DNA of 64,000 bases, taken from Lama glama (lineage: Eukaryota). The notes beneath the pieces are model-generated. The model was not told where the DNA came from. It searched no databases and saw only the letters and a program-made list of their open reading frames with translations. Shown here one piece after another: positions 1-12,384 of this stretch; position 1 is the first letter of the stretch; the number at the start of each line of letters is the position of its first letter. The DNA lies in contig CM052817.1 in the NCBI GenBank assembly GCA_028534125.1, positions 18,478,001-18,542,000 on the forward strand, written 5' to 3'. The position numbers were made by a program, and so were the translations under genes.

Positions 1-74
1 ATTCCATCCCAGTCTATTCTGAGTCTAAAACCAGTGCTCTGCCATGGTAATCAGGATAATGACATTAATAAGAC

Positions 75-175
75 TAGCATTCTCTATGCCCCAGGACCTG
101 CCACTTTCCATGTACTAACTCATTTAATCTTCACAACAACCCTGTAAGTACGTACTCTTATTGCTCCCATTTTGT
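75..175 (-). mobile_element. MIR SINE fragment
   Basis: actcatttaatcttcacaacaaccctgtaag...cccatttt is the reverse complement of the MIR core. Confidence 0.8.
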
Positions 176-415
176 TGGGGAAGAAGCCATGGAGGAGCCA
201 ACCAGCTCTCAGGACTCTCATTAGTGTAATTAAACCACCCTGGTTCATCTCAACCTCTTTGTATCAGCGCAGCGTGTGGGAATTCAAAGAGAACTCAGTC
301 ACCACAGCGACATCCACTCTAGGTGCTCACGGATTTCCTAGCTTGCTCACTTCTCTCTCAGGCATGTTTTCCTCACCTGTACAATAGGATGGGACACCGT
401 CTAAGACTTTTATGG

Positions 416-939
416 TGTTAAAGCAAAAGTTGTTTAACAGGCAAGAAAGACCCTACTGGAGACTATTCCAATAGGGAAGAGAGGCCAGAATACATTATAA
501 ACTTAATTCTGCTGAAACAAAGGGCTGGAGGGCTTGTAAGAGCTGGGAGGGTGGTATCCCAGGCCATCTGTGTTTGCTAATTGGCTTCGCTTAAAGGAAA
601 AAGTGAACTTCATCATTATCTTCATGACAGCAGGTAGTTTTACAGCTTAGAGCAAGGTGCCTGCCAAAGCGAGGCTCCTACCCTCCTAGAGAAACTGGCA
701 GAGGGGTTTCCTCTTCCTCAGTATTGCATTGCCAATGGGTGGCTCCCAGATCCTTGAGAAAGACATTCTTGGGCTGTTAAACTGGCAAGAAGCTTTTAAA
801 AAGATTTTCATTTCAAAGGAGCAAAGAATTTACAGGTTTTTCTAAAGTAAATAAGAAAAGGGAGGTTGGGGTTTCAAGTCAGGAAGAAATCTGCCTGAAG
901 CTTAGTCAGGTGAGGGTAATGGTAAGACCATCTCGGTCA
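416..939 (-). mobile_element. ERV1-class solo LTR (MER67/MER31-like) inserted in a MIR
   Basis: Minus strand runs TGACCGAGATGGTCTTACC...TAACA with TG..CA termini and recalled MER67-like motifs (cttcctgact, cccttttctta, tttactttagaaaa). MIR-like sequence lies on both sides (~350-415 and 940-1000). Confidence 0.65.
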
Positions 940-1249
940 ACTGTGAAGACTAAATAGATAATGTGTGCTATCATGCTTTCTAATCTGAAAAGTACTATGC
1001 ACGTGTCACTTCCTCCAGGAAGCTCTCCTTGACCTTGTATGTCTAGGTTCTGGGCTCTTCCTATGCAGTCGCAGAGCTCCTGATCTCTCCGATGTAATAT
1101 TATATCAAGCTGCTAATAGCCTATCAACAGTCCTTTAAACAGGTATATAAATAAATAGCGTATGTATGTACTACAAATAGAAGTTTGTATAAATAGATCA
1201 TGGTACCTGTATGTGCACGAACACTACAGCCATTGAAGTTTACATTGAA

Positions 1250-1460
1250 GAAGAAATGCAATAACTTGGAAAAATGTTCATTGTAGATTGTTATGTTAAA
1301 TAAAGGAAAATTACAAAACACTGAAAAATATGATCCCAATTAAGTAATACACCAACAACAAAAACCACCAAAATGACAGAATTTATCTGTGGGTAGGGGG
1401 TATTTTGTTTTCTTCTTTGTGTTTTACCATGTTTTTGGATTTTCCACAATGAAAATATAT
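1250..1460 (+). mobile_element. Old L1 (L1M/L1ME) 3' fragment
   Basis: Degenerate L1ME-like 3' motifs (ggaaaaatgttcat...aaaattacaaaac...tatgatccca, tttccacaatgaa). Confidence 0.4.
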
Positions 1461-1894
1461 TACTTCTGTCCCCAGAATAAAAAACACAATTTTACACAAA
1501 GAAATATGGGCCAAAAAAAGCTACAAAGGCAACTTTTATGACTCCCCGGCTCTAATCTATTGGAGGCAGACACAGCACTTAATAATGTTTCCTGAGTAAT
1601 TTCTTGTCTTTCCTTTAATACCGTCCTTCTGGTGGTCCACATCTGGACAGAGACCAAAGTGATGAAAAGACTCCATTCTTCCTGATGCATTGTTGTGTGC
1701 ACAGGCTGGCAGTCCTGGAAGAAAGAGGGTTTGTGGGAAGGATATATAAGAAGATTGTGATTCACTTCTCTTGCTTGGGTTATATCTACATCCTCATCTT
1801 TGACTTAATGTTCTTAATTGATTGATTAATTGATGGAAATGTTTATTTCCACCAGTTGCCCCTATGTGTCTGGCCAAGAAGAGTTGTCTAGAAA

Positions 1895-2045
1895 TGGCAT
1901 GAGAGACATTGGTAGGTAATGAGTTTGCCATTACAGGAGGTATTCAAGCAAAGTCGGAATGGCCACTTGTCAGGAATGTGATGAAGAGACTTCCAGCCTC
2001 ATATAAATCAGCTAGCTACCTTTGTGAGACCTGAGAACCTCCCTT
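1895..2045 (+). mobile_element. L3/CR1 LINE 3' fragment
   Basis: gtaatgagtttgccattacaggaggtattcaagcaaag...ggccacttgtcaggaatg matches the recalled CR1/L3 3' region. Confidence 0.55.
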
Positions 2046-3470
2046 AAACTAGTTCAAGGAGAGAAGGGTTAATTGGCAGATTCCGTCTCCTGTAATCCCC
2101 AGACAAAATAGGAAGCACAACGAGGCTTCTAAGAACTGAGATGGGGGAACTGCATCTTGCATGACCTTTGCTAACCCAAACTCTAAGCCACAAAATCTTT
2201 CCTTTAGCAACCTATCAGAGACAGTGTCTCTAGGTAAAAAAGAGAGAGAGACAGAAAGTGAGAAAGACGGAGAGAAACAGACAGACAGATTCTGATTCCA
2301 TTGTGCACCTGTGGTCGGGGGAGAAAACACAATCACAACTTAAATGAAAAAATGTATCAATTGGTAAATATGCTCAAAGCTTCCCCCGCAAAAGTACCTG
2401 CACAGGGGGGCAAATCTCCCCACAAATTTCCGTTGACCAGAATCTACTTCATCACCTCTCCTTTCTCCCATCAGATTGTTTACTGCAGCAGTGATAACTC
2501 GAGAATTCCATCCAGGGTCCCTGCACAGCTGATTGGAAAAGCATTCTGAAGTTGACTGAATTGTTATTTGAAATATACTGTCTAGAATCCAAGATTCAGA
2601 TTATAGGCATAAACTCGTATTTTTATGTTAATCTGAAGTCATTTCCTATATTCATTCAGTGGGCAGAGCAAGCTAATCAGGGAATCAAAAACACATTTGA
2701 ATGAAAATAGAGAGGCCGTTAACAAATACAGAAAACACGGGAAGTAGAACCCCTCTCTGTGTAACAAAGGAGAGGCCCCAGGTTACAGCTGCCGGTTTGC
2801 TCTGTAACCTTTAACGATATCCAGCCTCCTTCATTGGTTGCCTCTGCCTGGAGCTGCGAGCATTTCCTTAATAATTTATGCCACGTTTTTCATTTCCATT
2901 CACTTCATCACTTAATCAGCAGAGTTGTAAGTCCTCTTGCCCTAATACATCTTCATTTTCGACCCCATTACCTGTCTGGGCTCCAAAGCCTTGCCTGTTC
3001 TTGGCATGGCGTTTCTGTTTCCTAGGTGCTCTCCTGGGTCTCCGGCAATCTGCTCCCTGCTAATCGGTGCAGATGTGAGGAGGAGGAGGAGCAGAGCACA
3101 TGTCGGGGAGGCAGATTCTCTTGGTAAGAAAGGGGCCCTGGGGGACCAAGCCACTCTGGGGAAGCTGCTTTCACGCTGTCAGGCACAGCGAAAGAGCAAT
3201 ATATGGAATCCAATTCCACTACAGTCTCTTACCCTTCAAAAGGATTATTTCCAAAGCCTGTGCTGGTGTTGGCTGACCCTCCTCAGGTCTACACCTATAC
3301 AAGCTCAGAATTATAATGATAAATACCCCTTATTGACCTTGACATGTGCCATGAGCCTTGCACCTATTAACCCTTTTATTCATCACAAGATATCTCTGAG
3401 GTATGTGTTATTATCCTGGCTTCACAGAGGAAGAACCTAAGCCTCCAAGAACATTAAACAATCAGCCGAG

Positions 3471-4410
3471 TGTCTTAGTCCATTTGGGCTGCTGTAACCC
3501 AGTACCATAGACTGGGTGGCTCATAAATGATGTAAACAACAGAAATGTGTTTCTCACAGCTCTAAGGTTGGGAAGTCTCAGATTAAGGTACCAGCATCCT
3601 CTTTGTCTGGTGAGGGCCTGCTTCTCCATTTTGCAGGTGGTTGGAGCAGGCAGAGAGATAGATATGGGCAGAGAAGGAGGGGCACGAGCCAAATGGCAGG
3701 AAACCACACATCTTGTGAACAAGGGGAACCCTTGTGCAGACAGAAAAGTAAGAGCCTCTCGACTGATAAGAAATCACACATGTTGGAGTGATGAATGTCC
3801 CGGAGGCAGACATAGAAAGGCGGGAAAAGGCAGGCATCTCCAGTGTCTGAATGAAACCATTTGCTCATTATGCCCTCATCACAATAAAATTAGCCTTGCA
3901 GATTGGAAGTACCCATCATGCACCAAGCCCATGACACTTCCAATCAAGGTTAACTAAGGATAAAAATCCCTTCTCCCCTCAGGAAGGCGGAGCTGGGATA
4001 GAAATGAGGGAATGCCACCCTAGACCACTCTCCGCCCTATGAATATGCCACCCATTCAGTTTTGCACCCTATATAAGTTACCAGCTTGCCAAAGAAACTC
4101 AGCCCAGCTACTCACCTGAGTCTGTCTGCTCTTCCCTTTGGAGTATACTATCACCTAACAGTAAATCCTCACTTTACTTTCTTGATCTCTGTGTCTTGTC
4201 TTTGCATTCTTTCTATGATGAGACAAGAACCTACTCTCCAGCAAAGATAAGAGAGACCAGGGAGTTCTCTTTTACAAGGGCACAAATCCCATTCATTAAG
4301 GCTCCACCCTTGGAAGTGAATCCCCTCCCAAACGCCACCTCCACACACCATTCCATGGGGAATTAGGTTTCAACATAGAAATTTTGGGAGGACACAAGCA
4401 TTCAGCCTGA
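3471..4410 (-). mobile_element. MLT1A-type MaLR LTR, split by a younger LTR
   Basis: tgtcttagtccatttgggctgct...aaacaacagaaat (3471-3637) resumes after 4243 with aagggcacaaatcccattcat...tttcaacat...ggacacaagcattcag. Confidence 0.85.
3638..4243 (+). mobile_element. ERV1-like solo LTR nested in MLT1A
   Basis: ~600 bp insert with inverted termini (tggag...ctcca), GC box 4032-4037, TATATAAG 4070-4077, AGTAAA 4160-4165 and an ERV1-like U5 end (attcttt...gagacaagaacct). Confidence 0.75.
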
Positions 4411-4985
4411 TGTGATGAAGACAAACTGGCGTGGGGGATGTGCTCCTTTTGGTGGGAAAGGCTCACTGAGGAGGTGATAATTAGTGAGAACTGAGTGGTT
4501 CAGTAGCATCTCCAGCAGGAGTTGGAGCAGCTCATTTCTGTGAATATTGCTCTGTTGTTAATCCCATCTTGACTCTTCAAATTCAATGGCACCATGAAAT
4601 CTGTAATGTGACCTTGATATGGACAGGCTGTGACAAGGGTGTCACTTTTCTCATCCGTGGGAGGTCTTCTTCCAGCTAGGATCAGGGCAGCCCATAGGAG
4701 GTAGAAAGAAGGAGGTAGGAAGACCTGGGTCTGGGAGCCAGAAAAAGGCACAATTAACTTCTTGAGAAATCTTAAGAAAATTGTTTCAGTGTTAGGGATC
4801 TCAGCTTTCTCACCTGTTAATTTATAAAACGGGGTAGAAGGGGAGTGGACATTGGAAGGAAAGCCTGCTACTTCATTTCCATTGTACATCCATGAGTCCT
4901 CACCTTTGATTTATCCATTAAAGATATCCCAGAGGTATTTACCTTTGCAAAAATAACTAAAGCTGACATTTATTAACCTCCAGCC

Positions 4986-5146
4986 TACTGTATAGCATAG
5001 GGAGCTATATTCAATACCTTGTAATAGCCTATAATGAAAAAGAATATAAAAAGGAATATATATATATATATATATAATTGAATCACTATGCTGTACACTA
5101 GAAATTAACATAACATTGTAAACCGACTATACTTCAATTAAAAAAA
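4986..5146 (+). mobile_element. 5'-truncated cetartiodactyl L1 3' end with TSD
   Basis: tactgtatagcatagggagctatattcaat...gaatcactatgctgtacac...tatacttcaatt plus A tail. Direct repeat aacctccagcc at 4975-4985 and 5147-5157. Confidence 0.9.
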
Positions 5147-5164
5147 AACCTCCAGCCCCCATAC

Positions 5165-5480
5165 ATTGCATATATATTCCCTCTTAGCCTGCAGAACAAC
5201 TCTTATTACAAAGTAGCAACTCTTATTACTTCCATTTTATAGATAAGGGAAATGAGGCACAGAGAGATTAGGAAAAGGAAAGGAGTCTGACATTTAGTGA
5301 GCATTCACTCTTACAAGGGCTGCCTGTATTGGCCTGAAGATGTGATCTTATTTTATAACCATACTGTCTGCTGGATCTCTTGAAGTCTTCATTTTAAATA
5401 GGGGAATCAAGGCTCAGTGACTTTACATGATTAGCTCAAGGATGCAAAGAGAAAAGATGGAGCCAGGGTTTGACCCCAAC
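5165..5480 (-). mobile_element. Two adjacent MIR fragments
   Basis: ccattttatagataagggaaatgaggcacagagag and aaggctcagtga...gagccagggtttgacccca. Confidence 0.7.
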
Positions 5481-6158
5481 TCTGTGCTGCTGCAACTGCT
5501 TCTTTTGTTACACATCATGTATAGCTGGCAGATGGGTGATGTTTCTTTACCAGCAGTGAGGACTGTGGACCACTCTCTGCTCTACTGGATACATCACTCC
5601 TAGAGGGCTCTTGGCGTATTTCTTAGTACGATGCTGGGCTTTGTAAATGTCATGTGAGTTATGGGGCTCCAGTGTCTAATTGTACTCATCGATATCACCA
5701 ATGAGGAACTAGTACCAACCTCATAGCTTTTTTATGAGGATTGAATGACATGATAGGTCTAAAATGCCTCATCTATGGATACATAAAAGGCACCTGATAA
5801 ATTATCTCACTGTTATTGTTATTGGGAAATGTGCCTCTTTTTCTCTCATCTCCAAACTTCAGCTCAGCACTTTACATTAGATTAAATACAAATATACATG
5901 CTTGATGAATAAATAAATGAATAAATGTTAAAAAGTAATAAGTTAAAAACTTGGAGATTGGGGACCTGAATAACTAGTCCAGGCCCTGCCATCCTTCCTG
6001 TGAGACCATTCGGAAGTTGCTTCTCATTTCTGAGTTTTCTCCTCTCATACCCGCTTTGTTATTATCCATGTGAGTTTCTTCGTGTGTAGACTGGGCTTTA
6101 CATTTTGGGCTTTAGGACGAAAAGGGTATCTCTCCTTTCCTTTCATTTAATTTTATGC

Positions 6159-6377
6159 TACTGGTTCTCAACTGGGGCCAGTTTGACCCCTCAGGGGATG
6201 TTTGATAACATCTGTAGATACTTTCGGTTGTCATACTGGGGATAGGATGCTACTGGCATGTACTGGGTAGAAGGCAGAGATGCTGTTAAATATTCTACAA
6301 TGTACAGGACAGCCCTCCACTCCATCTAAGAATTACTCAGCTCAAAATGTCAGTATCTTTGAGGATGAGAAGCACTG
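6159..6377 (+). mobile_element. MER20 (hAT-Charlie MITE), full length with 8-bp TSD
   Basis: tggttctcaactgggg...tgctactggcat...caggacagccc...aaaatgtca...gagaagcactg. Flanks ttttatgc (6151-6158) and ttttatgt (6378-6385). Confidence 0.9.
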
Positions 6378-7377
6378 TTTTATGTGTGGAGAACATACTT
6401 GCAATGAATGAGGCTCTCCTAACACAGACCTTGAGAGTGCCACGTCCTGTCAGCTGCCCTGATGGCAGGATACTCTCAAGCAAAAGTCTGGGCTTAGTGA
6501 TTAAACGTGCACATAAAATCCCCTAGTGTTTTAAAGGATTCAAAGTCACAATGAGGGAGGCTATTATCGTGCATCAGACTCCTGTACAGAGCAAACACGT
6601 TACCTACCTGTAATGAAGGATTTCTGAGTGGATAAGGGTTGCAGCTTCTACAGGGAAATGTTCTAGCTGGGGGCATGCCGATTTTAGCTACATGAATAAT
6701 ATCATCATTAATGGGGATCATTATGCTGCCCCGCACTGGAAATTTACCCCTGAATGAGTAGCAATATCCCGCAGATGGAGGCCATTGAAAACCTGCTTCA
6801 GTGGCAGGATACACAGAGAAGGATTGCCTGGGAATTAGTGTTGGCAGCCAGCTCGTGAATGGCTTTGGGCCAACTGGTCTGTGTAGGGACAGAGTAGGGC
6901 CAACAGGGCAACATCATCCAACTACCAATGCGAGCGGAGGTGACATTGGGACTGGTCATTGGTCTCTGGTGCCCCCTCCTCCCCTTTGGCACCTTTTCTG
7001 GTCATGTCATAGCACTGCAGCTCTGTCTCCTGTCACATTCCTAGGACAGCAGCCTTCCTCCCACCCTCTGCCCTCAGGAAAATGGGTAAATAAATTCGCT
7101 CTCTCTAAGGTGTCAAGGATGCCAGTATTACCTTCTGCAGGATAATTTGTGATTTGGAGGAATGCAGTCAATGAGGCACCCACCGGGGTAGAAATGTTTG
7201 TTTTTCTAGAGGGTCTGTAATGGCGCCCCCAAGGGCACAAGCTGCCTCCGTGCAGATCCCTCCGATCTTGGAGTCATTTCCCGTGTATCACAATCTAGAC
7301 GTTCACTATGTAAATCAGGGAAGAAGTGGGGGGGTTGCCCAGGAGTCAGGCCCCTGGGTTCCTCTGCCACCCCAAAT

Positions 7378-7457
7378 CACTCCATAACATACCACATATA
7401 CCACAACACAACACACCACTTCACAGCACAACTCGCCGTGCCAAGCCATGCCATGCA
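7378..7457. repeat. Degenerate period-5 simple repeat
   Basis: Units CATAA, CATAC, CACAA, CACAC, CACAG, CAAGC, CATGC in near-tandem. Confidence 0.7.
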
Positions 7458-7799
7458 CGCGGTCCTGGGGCACCTCTCTGGAATCACGCAGGCTCCCTGG
7501 AGTGGTGCTTCTCAAGCTTTTCCTCATCAAGGCCCACATAGAAAGAGGTGCTGTGTGTTTGGAACCTAGAGTCTGGGGAGAGATGTGCTCCAGGCTGGGG
7601 ACAAAGGCCCTGAGGGCTGAGCAGGTCAAAAATGGGCAAGGTCTGGCCTGAGAAGCTGAGACTGGGAGCTGAGAGTGTGAACATCACTGTCCTTGACGAC
7701 CTTGACAAAGCTTGGCCACTCTGATGCCTGAAGAAGGAAGGAAGTACATGATTTTAGCCACAGTGTTAACTGGAGCCGTATCACAGTCAGTGGGACCAA

Positions 7800-8033
7800 A
7801 TTCATTCTTTAATGCACTGAATACATATTCAAGGAACACTTACCAGGTACCAGCTACTCCTCCAGTGGCTCAAAGGCAGAAGTTAACAAATGCTTGTCTT
7901 CAGGGAGTTTATATTCCAGTGGGATGGGGGTGGGATTGGGGTAGGATGGTGGCAGGAAACAAGTAAATCACAAATAAATACATAAAACATATAATCAGTG
8001 GGCTTCATAAAACAATGCAGGACGAGGGACTGG

Positions 8034-8070
<37 letters not shown>

Positions 8071-8240
8071 GGTTGACTAAGCGACAATGGTCAGGAAAAA
8101 CCCTTCCAAGTCAGTAGTTTGGTTTTTGAGCTGGAGCAGAAGGCGCTGGTGGAAGACAGTTCCAGACACGGAGCACAGGGGATGAAGGTCTGAGGTGAGA
8201 CTATGGCCAGCGCACCCAAGAAACAGCAAGAAGCCCAATT
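7800..8240 (-). mobile_element. L2 LINE 3' region
   Basis: attcattc...cttcagggagtttatattccagtggg...ggtcaggaaaaacccttc...aaggtctgaggtg...aacagcaagaagcc. Confidence 0.75.
8035..8069. repeat. (TG)n microsatellite
   Basis: Perfect TG run. Confidence 0.98.
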
Positions 8241-8584
8241 TTTGTCTTGGAAGGTTTTTAATCACCCCTGCCCATTTTTAGCCCCTTTTGACATTTTACA
8301 ATTTTCATTTTGCAATTTTCATTTTGACATTTTTAGTCCTTTTGGCATCTGATCCTGACCTCAAGCCTGTGAGGCTTACTGTAATCCATCATTTGCTCTT
8401 TTCACACACATGGAGACAAGGTTTGGGGACGTGGAGTAACTTGGCCCCGCTGTGATGCTTGGGGGCTTGAACGCACTGGGCTAACCACAAAATTTTAACT
8501 CAGCTTTACCTAGAAGCCAAAAGATATATGGGTGTTTATAGACAGACTATCATTTTGAGTTATATTCAGGACTTTTAAAGGAAG

Positions 8585-8755
8585 TATTTATTTATTCTTC
8601 ATTACAACCTTAGGTGGTAGGTCCTATTATAATTCCTATTTTATAGATGAGGCAAACGAGACACAAAAAAGCCTAAGTAACTGGGCGAAAGTGATGAGCA
8701 GCAAACGCAGAGGCAGAGTTTGAACCTGGGCAGACTGACTCCGAAGCCCACGTGC
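8585..8755 (-). mobile_element. MIR SINE
   Basis: attttatagatgaggcaaacgagac...aagtaactggg...ggcagagtttgaacctgggcagactgactcc. Confidence 0.85.
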
Positions 8756-9699
8756 TGAAGGTGACCGGACGTTCCGGCCAGTGTGTTCAAGGCTTTTAGG
8801 TGGATCGGGGGCGGGGGGTGAATCAGCCTTTCCCACTTGAAAGGCAAGGACCTCTCTGGAGCCACTGGTGGGTCCTGCTTAATTCTGGCAAGATCCATCA
8901 GAGCCTGAGGAAACCTCACAGCGCTTGTTGTACTTAAACACAAGACCCGGTGTCTGTTTTCGTTATGAGGCAGGCTCTTCTGCCGGCCGGGAGGGAAGTC
9001 CCAGTCGTCACTACTTGGAGTGTCACCCAAGCCACTCTCCACCCACCGGGTCTGTTTATTGAGACGTAAGCAATGGAAGGTAGGAAGACTTGAACTTCAA
9101 AACATTGGATTCCTTCAGCCTTCTTTGAGTGTGACCCACTCAGCTCCTTGTAACAATAAGGAGCATTTCCTAAACACAGAGGTGACAATCTCACGTTCTG
9201 CAATGACTTCTCCTCATTGTGCCTTCCTTGTGTCAGGGCAGGGTCTTGTCCAGCCTCTGCTCAGAAGAGCAGCAGAGCTTCCAAGTTCTCATGTGCTACA
9301 GCATGAAGGAAGATGTTTCTCTCCTCCATCCTCCACCCGACTTGTCATGGGGTGGCCAGAGCTGGGGGATGGATGAAGCTTCCTGTATCTCTTGTGGTTG
9401 AAGGGCCCCAAGTGGGTGGCTTTGCAAGACAATACAGCAATGTCAGTATCAAAACACAAAGTATTCCATGAGAAGAAATTCACTTCTGCTTGGAATAGTC
9501 AGAGAACTTTTATAAAAGAGACAGCTCATGAACTTGGTCTCCTAACCTAAGTCAATTTGCTTAACAATTCATTGCAAACTGCAATTCTGGAGGAGGAGCC
9601 ATTAGGCAACTGTCCCCCTGGGTAGCTTTCAATAGGTAACAATGCTGTTCAGACAGGCTTTGGGTTCCACTTATCAGAGCATAGAGAGAATCCATTGTC

Positions 9700-9835
9700 C
9701 ACAGTTTAGTCACTTATGCACTGTTGCTTATGAGCTGTGTGACCTTGGAAAGGTCACTGGAGACCTCGTAGCCTCCATTTCCTTGATTCTATAGTAGAGA
9801 TAATAATACTTGTGCCAAAGGATAGATTGTTGCAC
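9700..9835 (+). mobile_element. MIR fragment (resumes ~10198-10240)
   Basis: agctgtgtgaccttggaaag...cctccatttcc...ataataatact, then gaggattaaatg after the inserted LTR. Confidence 0.65.
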
Positions 9836-10195
9836 AGTGGATCAGTCAGGGTTCTGAGTTGCAAGCAACAGAAACCAAATCTGGCCAAATTAAGCAGAAA
9901 TAGGATTTATTGAAAGAATCACCTGAAGTGATGGGGAACGCAGTATGGAGGCAGAAAGAACAATGGTCTGCAACGGGTCGTGGTGGAATTGCTGCGTCTT
10001 TCTCTCACTGGTTCTTTGTTCAAACTCTCGGGCAGGCACAACTGGTTGCCTGAAACGGGAGCATTTTCTCGACTTTGGCTGCAAAGTAAGAGGCTGGCTC
10101 AGCCTCCCAGCAAGATTCATTAGGGGGAGAATTACTTCAATGTAGGAAAGGGAATACGAAGTTGGGAAGCCAAAAACAAATACAAATGTTTACTC
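9836..10195 (-). mobile_element. Old MaLR LTR (MLT1J/K/L-like)
   Basis: tcagtcagggttct...gttgcaagcaacagaaaccaa...taagcagaaa...atttattgaaag is the typical old MLT1 terminus. Confidence 0.65.
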
Positions 10196-10899
10196 TCTGA
10201 GGATTAAATGGCATTATCTTCCGCCTAAAAACTCAGCATCCAATTGGTTCTGAACAAATGTGAGTTCCATTTTCACCTTCCTTTGGGTCAATATGTTTAC
10301 CATTCATGATAGTATTAATGGAATTTATAGAGCACATTCAAGTAATTTGTAGCATTTACTTGCTCATTTATTACTTCTTTGCTTCTTTATAGCTCTTCGA
10401 GGGGAACAGTGCCACAGGCCCCTAAAAACAGTAAATATTTGAAAGACTATGAAAACAGCTTCATGCGAAACTTGAAAAATATCAGTTTGTTTCATCTGTA
10501 TGGTTTGTAGACTTTGCTATAACTTCAGAAACTCTGCCCTTATTCTTCCCCCGCTCACGATGTAAAAACTCACCGTATACTTTGAGCATTTTGAATATGA
10601 CAAGGCTTTAAATATGAACCTTGTGAGTACTGATCAGTGGACAAGGATACTTTGGAATGGGGTTTGTGCATCTGGAACTACTCTGCTTGTTTTCTTCCTT
10701 AATGACTAAGTCACTCCCTGGAAACAAATGATCATTTACCGAGACACACTCAGACCCTTAGGGACTTGAGGCACTCTTTTAGTGATGGGAGAAAAGTAGA
10801 CTAAATGCACTGGTGTTGAGTCCAGCCCCATTCATCTGTCCTGTGTTTCCCTTTGGCTATTTAAGTTGCTTAGGAAGCAGGATGACTTATTATTACAAG

Positions 10900-11000
10900 A
10901 ACAGATCTGAGTCCAAACTCTTTTTCATCACTTGCTAGCTGTGTGACCTCAGGCAAGTTATTTAACCTCTCTGAATCCCAGTTCTTTTAGCAGAGGGTAA
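10900..11000 (+). mobile_element. MIR fragment
   Basis: cacttgctagctgtgtgacctcaggcaagttatttaacctctctgaatcccagtt. Confidence 0.85.
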
Positions 11001-11573
11001 GTCCAAGAATTTTGTAATACACTGCCTATAAAGTGGTTTGTAGGGTACCTGGTTCATAATTTATTCTCAATCAATGGGTGACACAGGTGCCACTGAGGAT
11101 AACTTTTTGTTCTGTTCTGCTAAACCCATTGCATTTATTTTCTTTCCTACTAAAGCTATGGAATGACAGCATAATTATGACAAAAACGAAACCCTTTGAG
11201 GACAAGAATAGTGTCTGATTAATCTGCCCTCCTGGGATGAGTGGAATGCTGTGCACAGAGAACAAAATCTGTGCCCATTTAAGGGAAGATGATGTAACTG
11301 GAACCCACAGATGGATCTTTAGGATTGATGGAAAAAAATTCTGGACTTTTAGACAGGTGTACAGTAGGCTCCAGACAAATTCCACGGTATCACAGGGTAT
11401 GGTTAAGGAACAGGCTTCTTTTGGGAAACTGACAAAACAAGGGTGAGCAAGACAAGAAAGTACACAGTCCTGAAATCTCACATTATCCCCAAGGAGAGGT
11501 GATCTAGGGCCAGGGTACTTTGCCAAAAAAAAGGGATAAATTTCAGGACAGAAAACATGTCCCCTGCTTTCTA

Positions 11574-11912
11574 ACAATGTCTGAATGTGTGTTTCCCCTC
11601 AAATTCACATGCTGAAATCCTAACGCCTAGAGTGGTGGTGTTAGGAGGTAGAATTTTGGGAGGTGCTTTGGTCCTGAGGATGGAGCCCTCAAGAATGTGA
11701 TAAGTGTGCTAATAAAGAGATCCCACAGGGATCCCTCATCCCTTCTGCTATGTGAAGACACAGAGGTGCCAGGGAGATGGCTCCATCAGAAACTGACCAT
11801 GCTGGCTCCTTGATCTTGGACTTCCAGTCTCCAGACTCTGAGAAATAAATTTCTATTGTGTATAAGCTACTCAGTCTGGGGTATTTTGTTTTAGCAGCTC
11901 AAATAGACTGAC
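11574..11912 (+). mobile_element. MLT1A-type solo LTR
   Basis: tgaatgtgtgtttcccctcaaattcacatgctgaaatcctaac...ttgatcttggacttccag...gagaaataaatttct...tagcagc...gactgaca. Confidence 0.9.
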
Positions 11913-12384
11913 AGAAAATCCACCAGGGGAAAGGGACCTTGCCATGTGGGCGTGTTGTGGTGGGAAAAGACAATTATGCTACTTGGAATCCAGATACTCT
12001 GGATTCAAGTGCTGCTGTTACAGGAGTTGTCTGGGGAAACTTGTTTCTCAGGACCTACAAACTCGGGGACCTGTGGGTCATCACAGGTCCTCCTGCTGGG
12101 GGAGGAAGTCCTAGTCCTGTGGACGAATGAGTGAAGAGTAAGCTCTTCTTGCTGGAGGAAAGGGTAAGGCTAGCTCCTTGCTTAGACAATTCAGAGAGAA
12201 CCCCTTGAGTCATTTTTAAATCATCTTGTTTATAATACCACCTAGAACCAGTTTAATAACCACAACAGTACTATTGTTGCTTTGATAGCATTAATTTTAC
12301 ATCTCTGCTTAAGTGTTTTTGCTAAATTTTTCTTTTCCTCTCTCTGAAATTTTTACCAAGAACTACTATTTTCTAGGCTCCTAC

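Noticed and set aside
2780..2810. 9-bp inverted repeat aggttacag/ctgtaacct
   Set aside because: An inverted repeat this short is expected by chance in 64 kb.
2991..3440. 149-aa ORF and overlapping ORFs
   Set aside because: Random-looking composition, 3' end runs into MIR-like sequence, and no recognisable homology.
11071..11577. 168-aa minus-strand ORF
   Set aside because: No domain-like features, no coding-type composition and no flanking splice structure.
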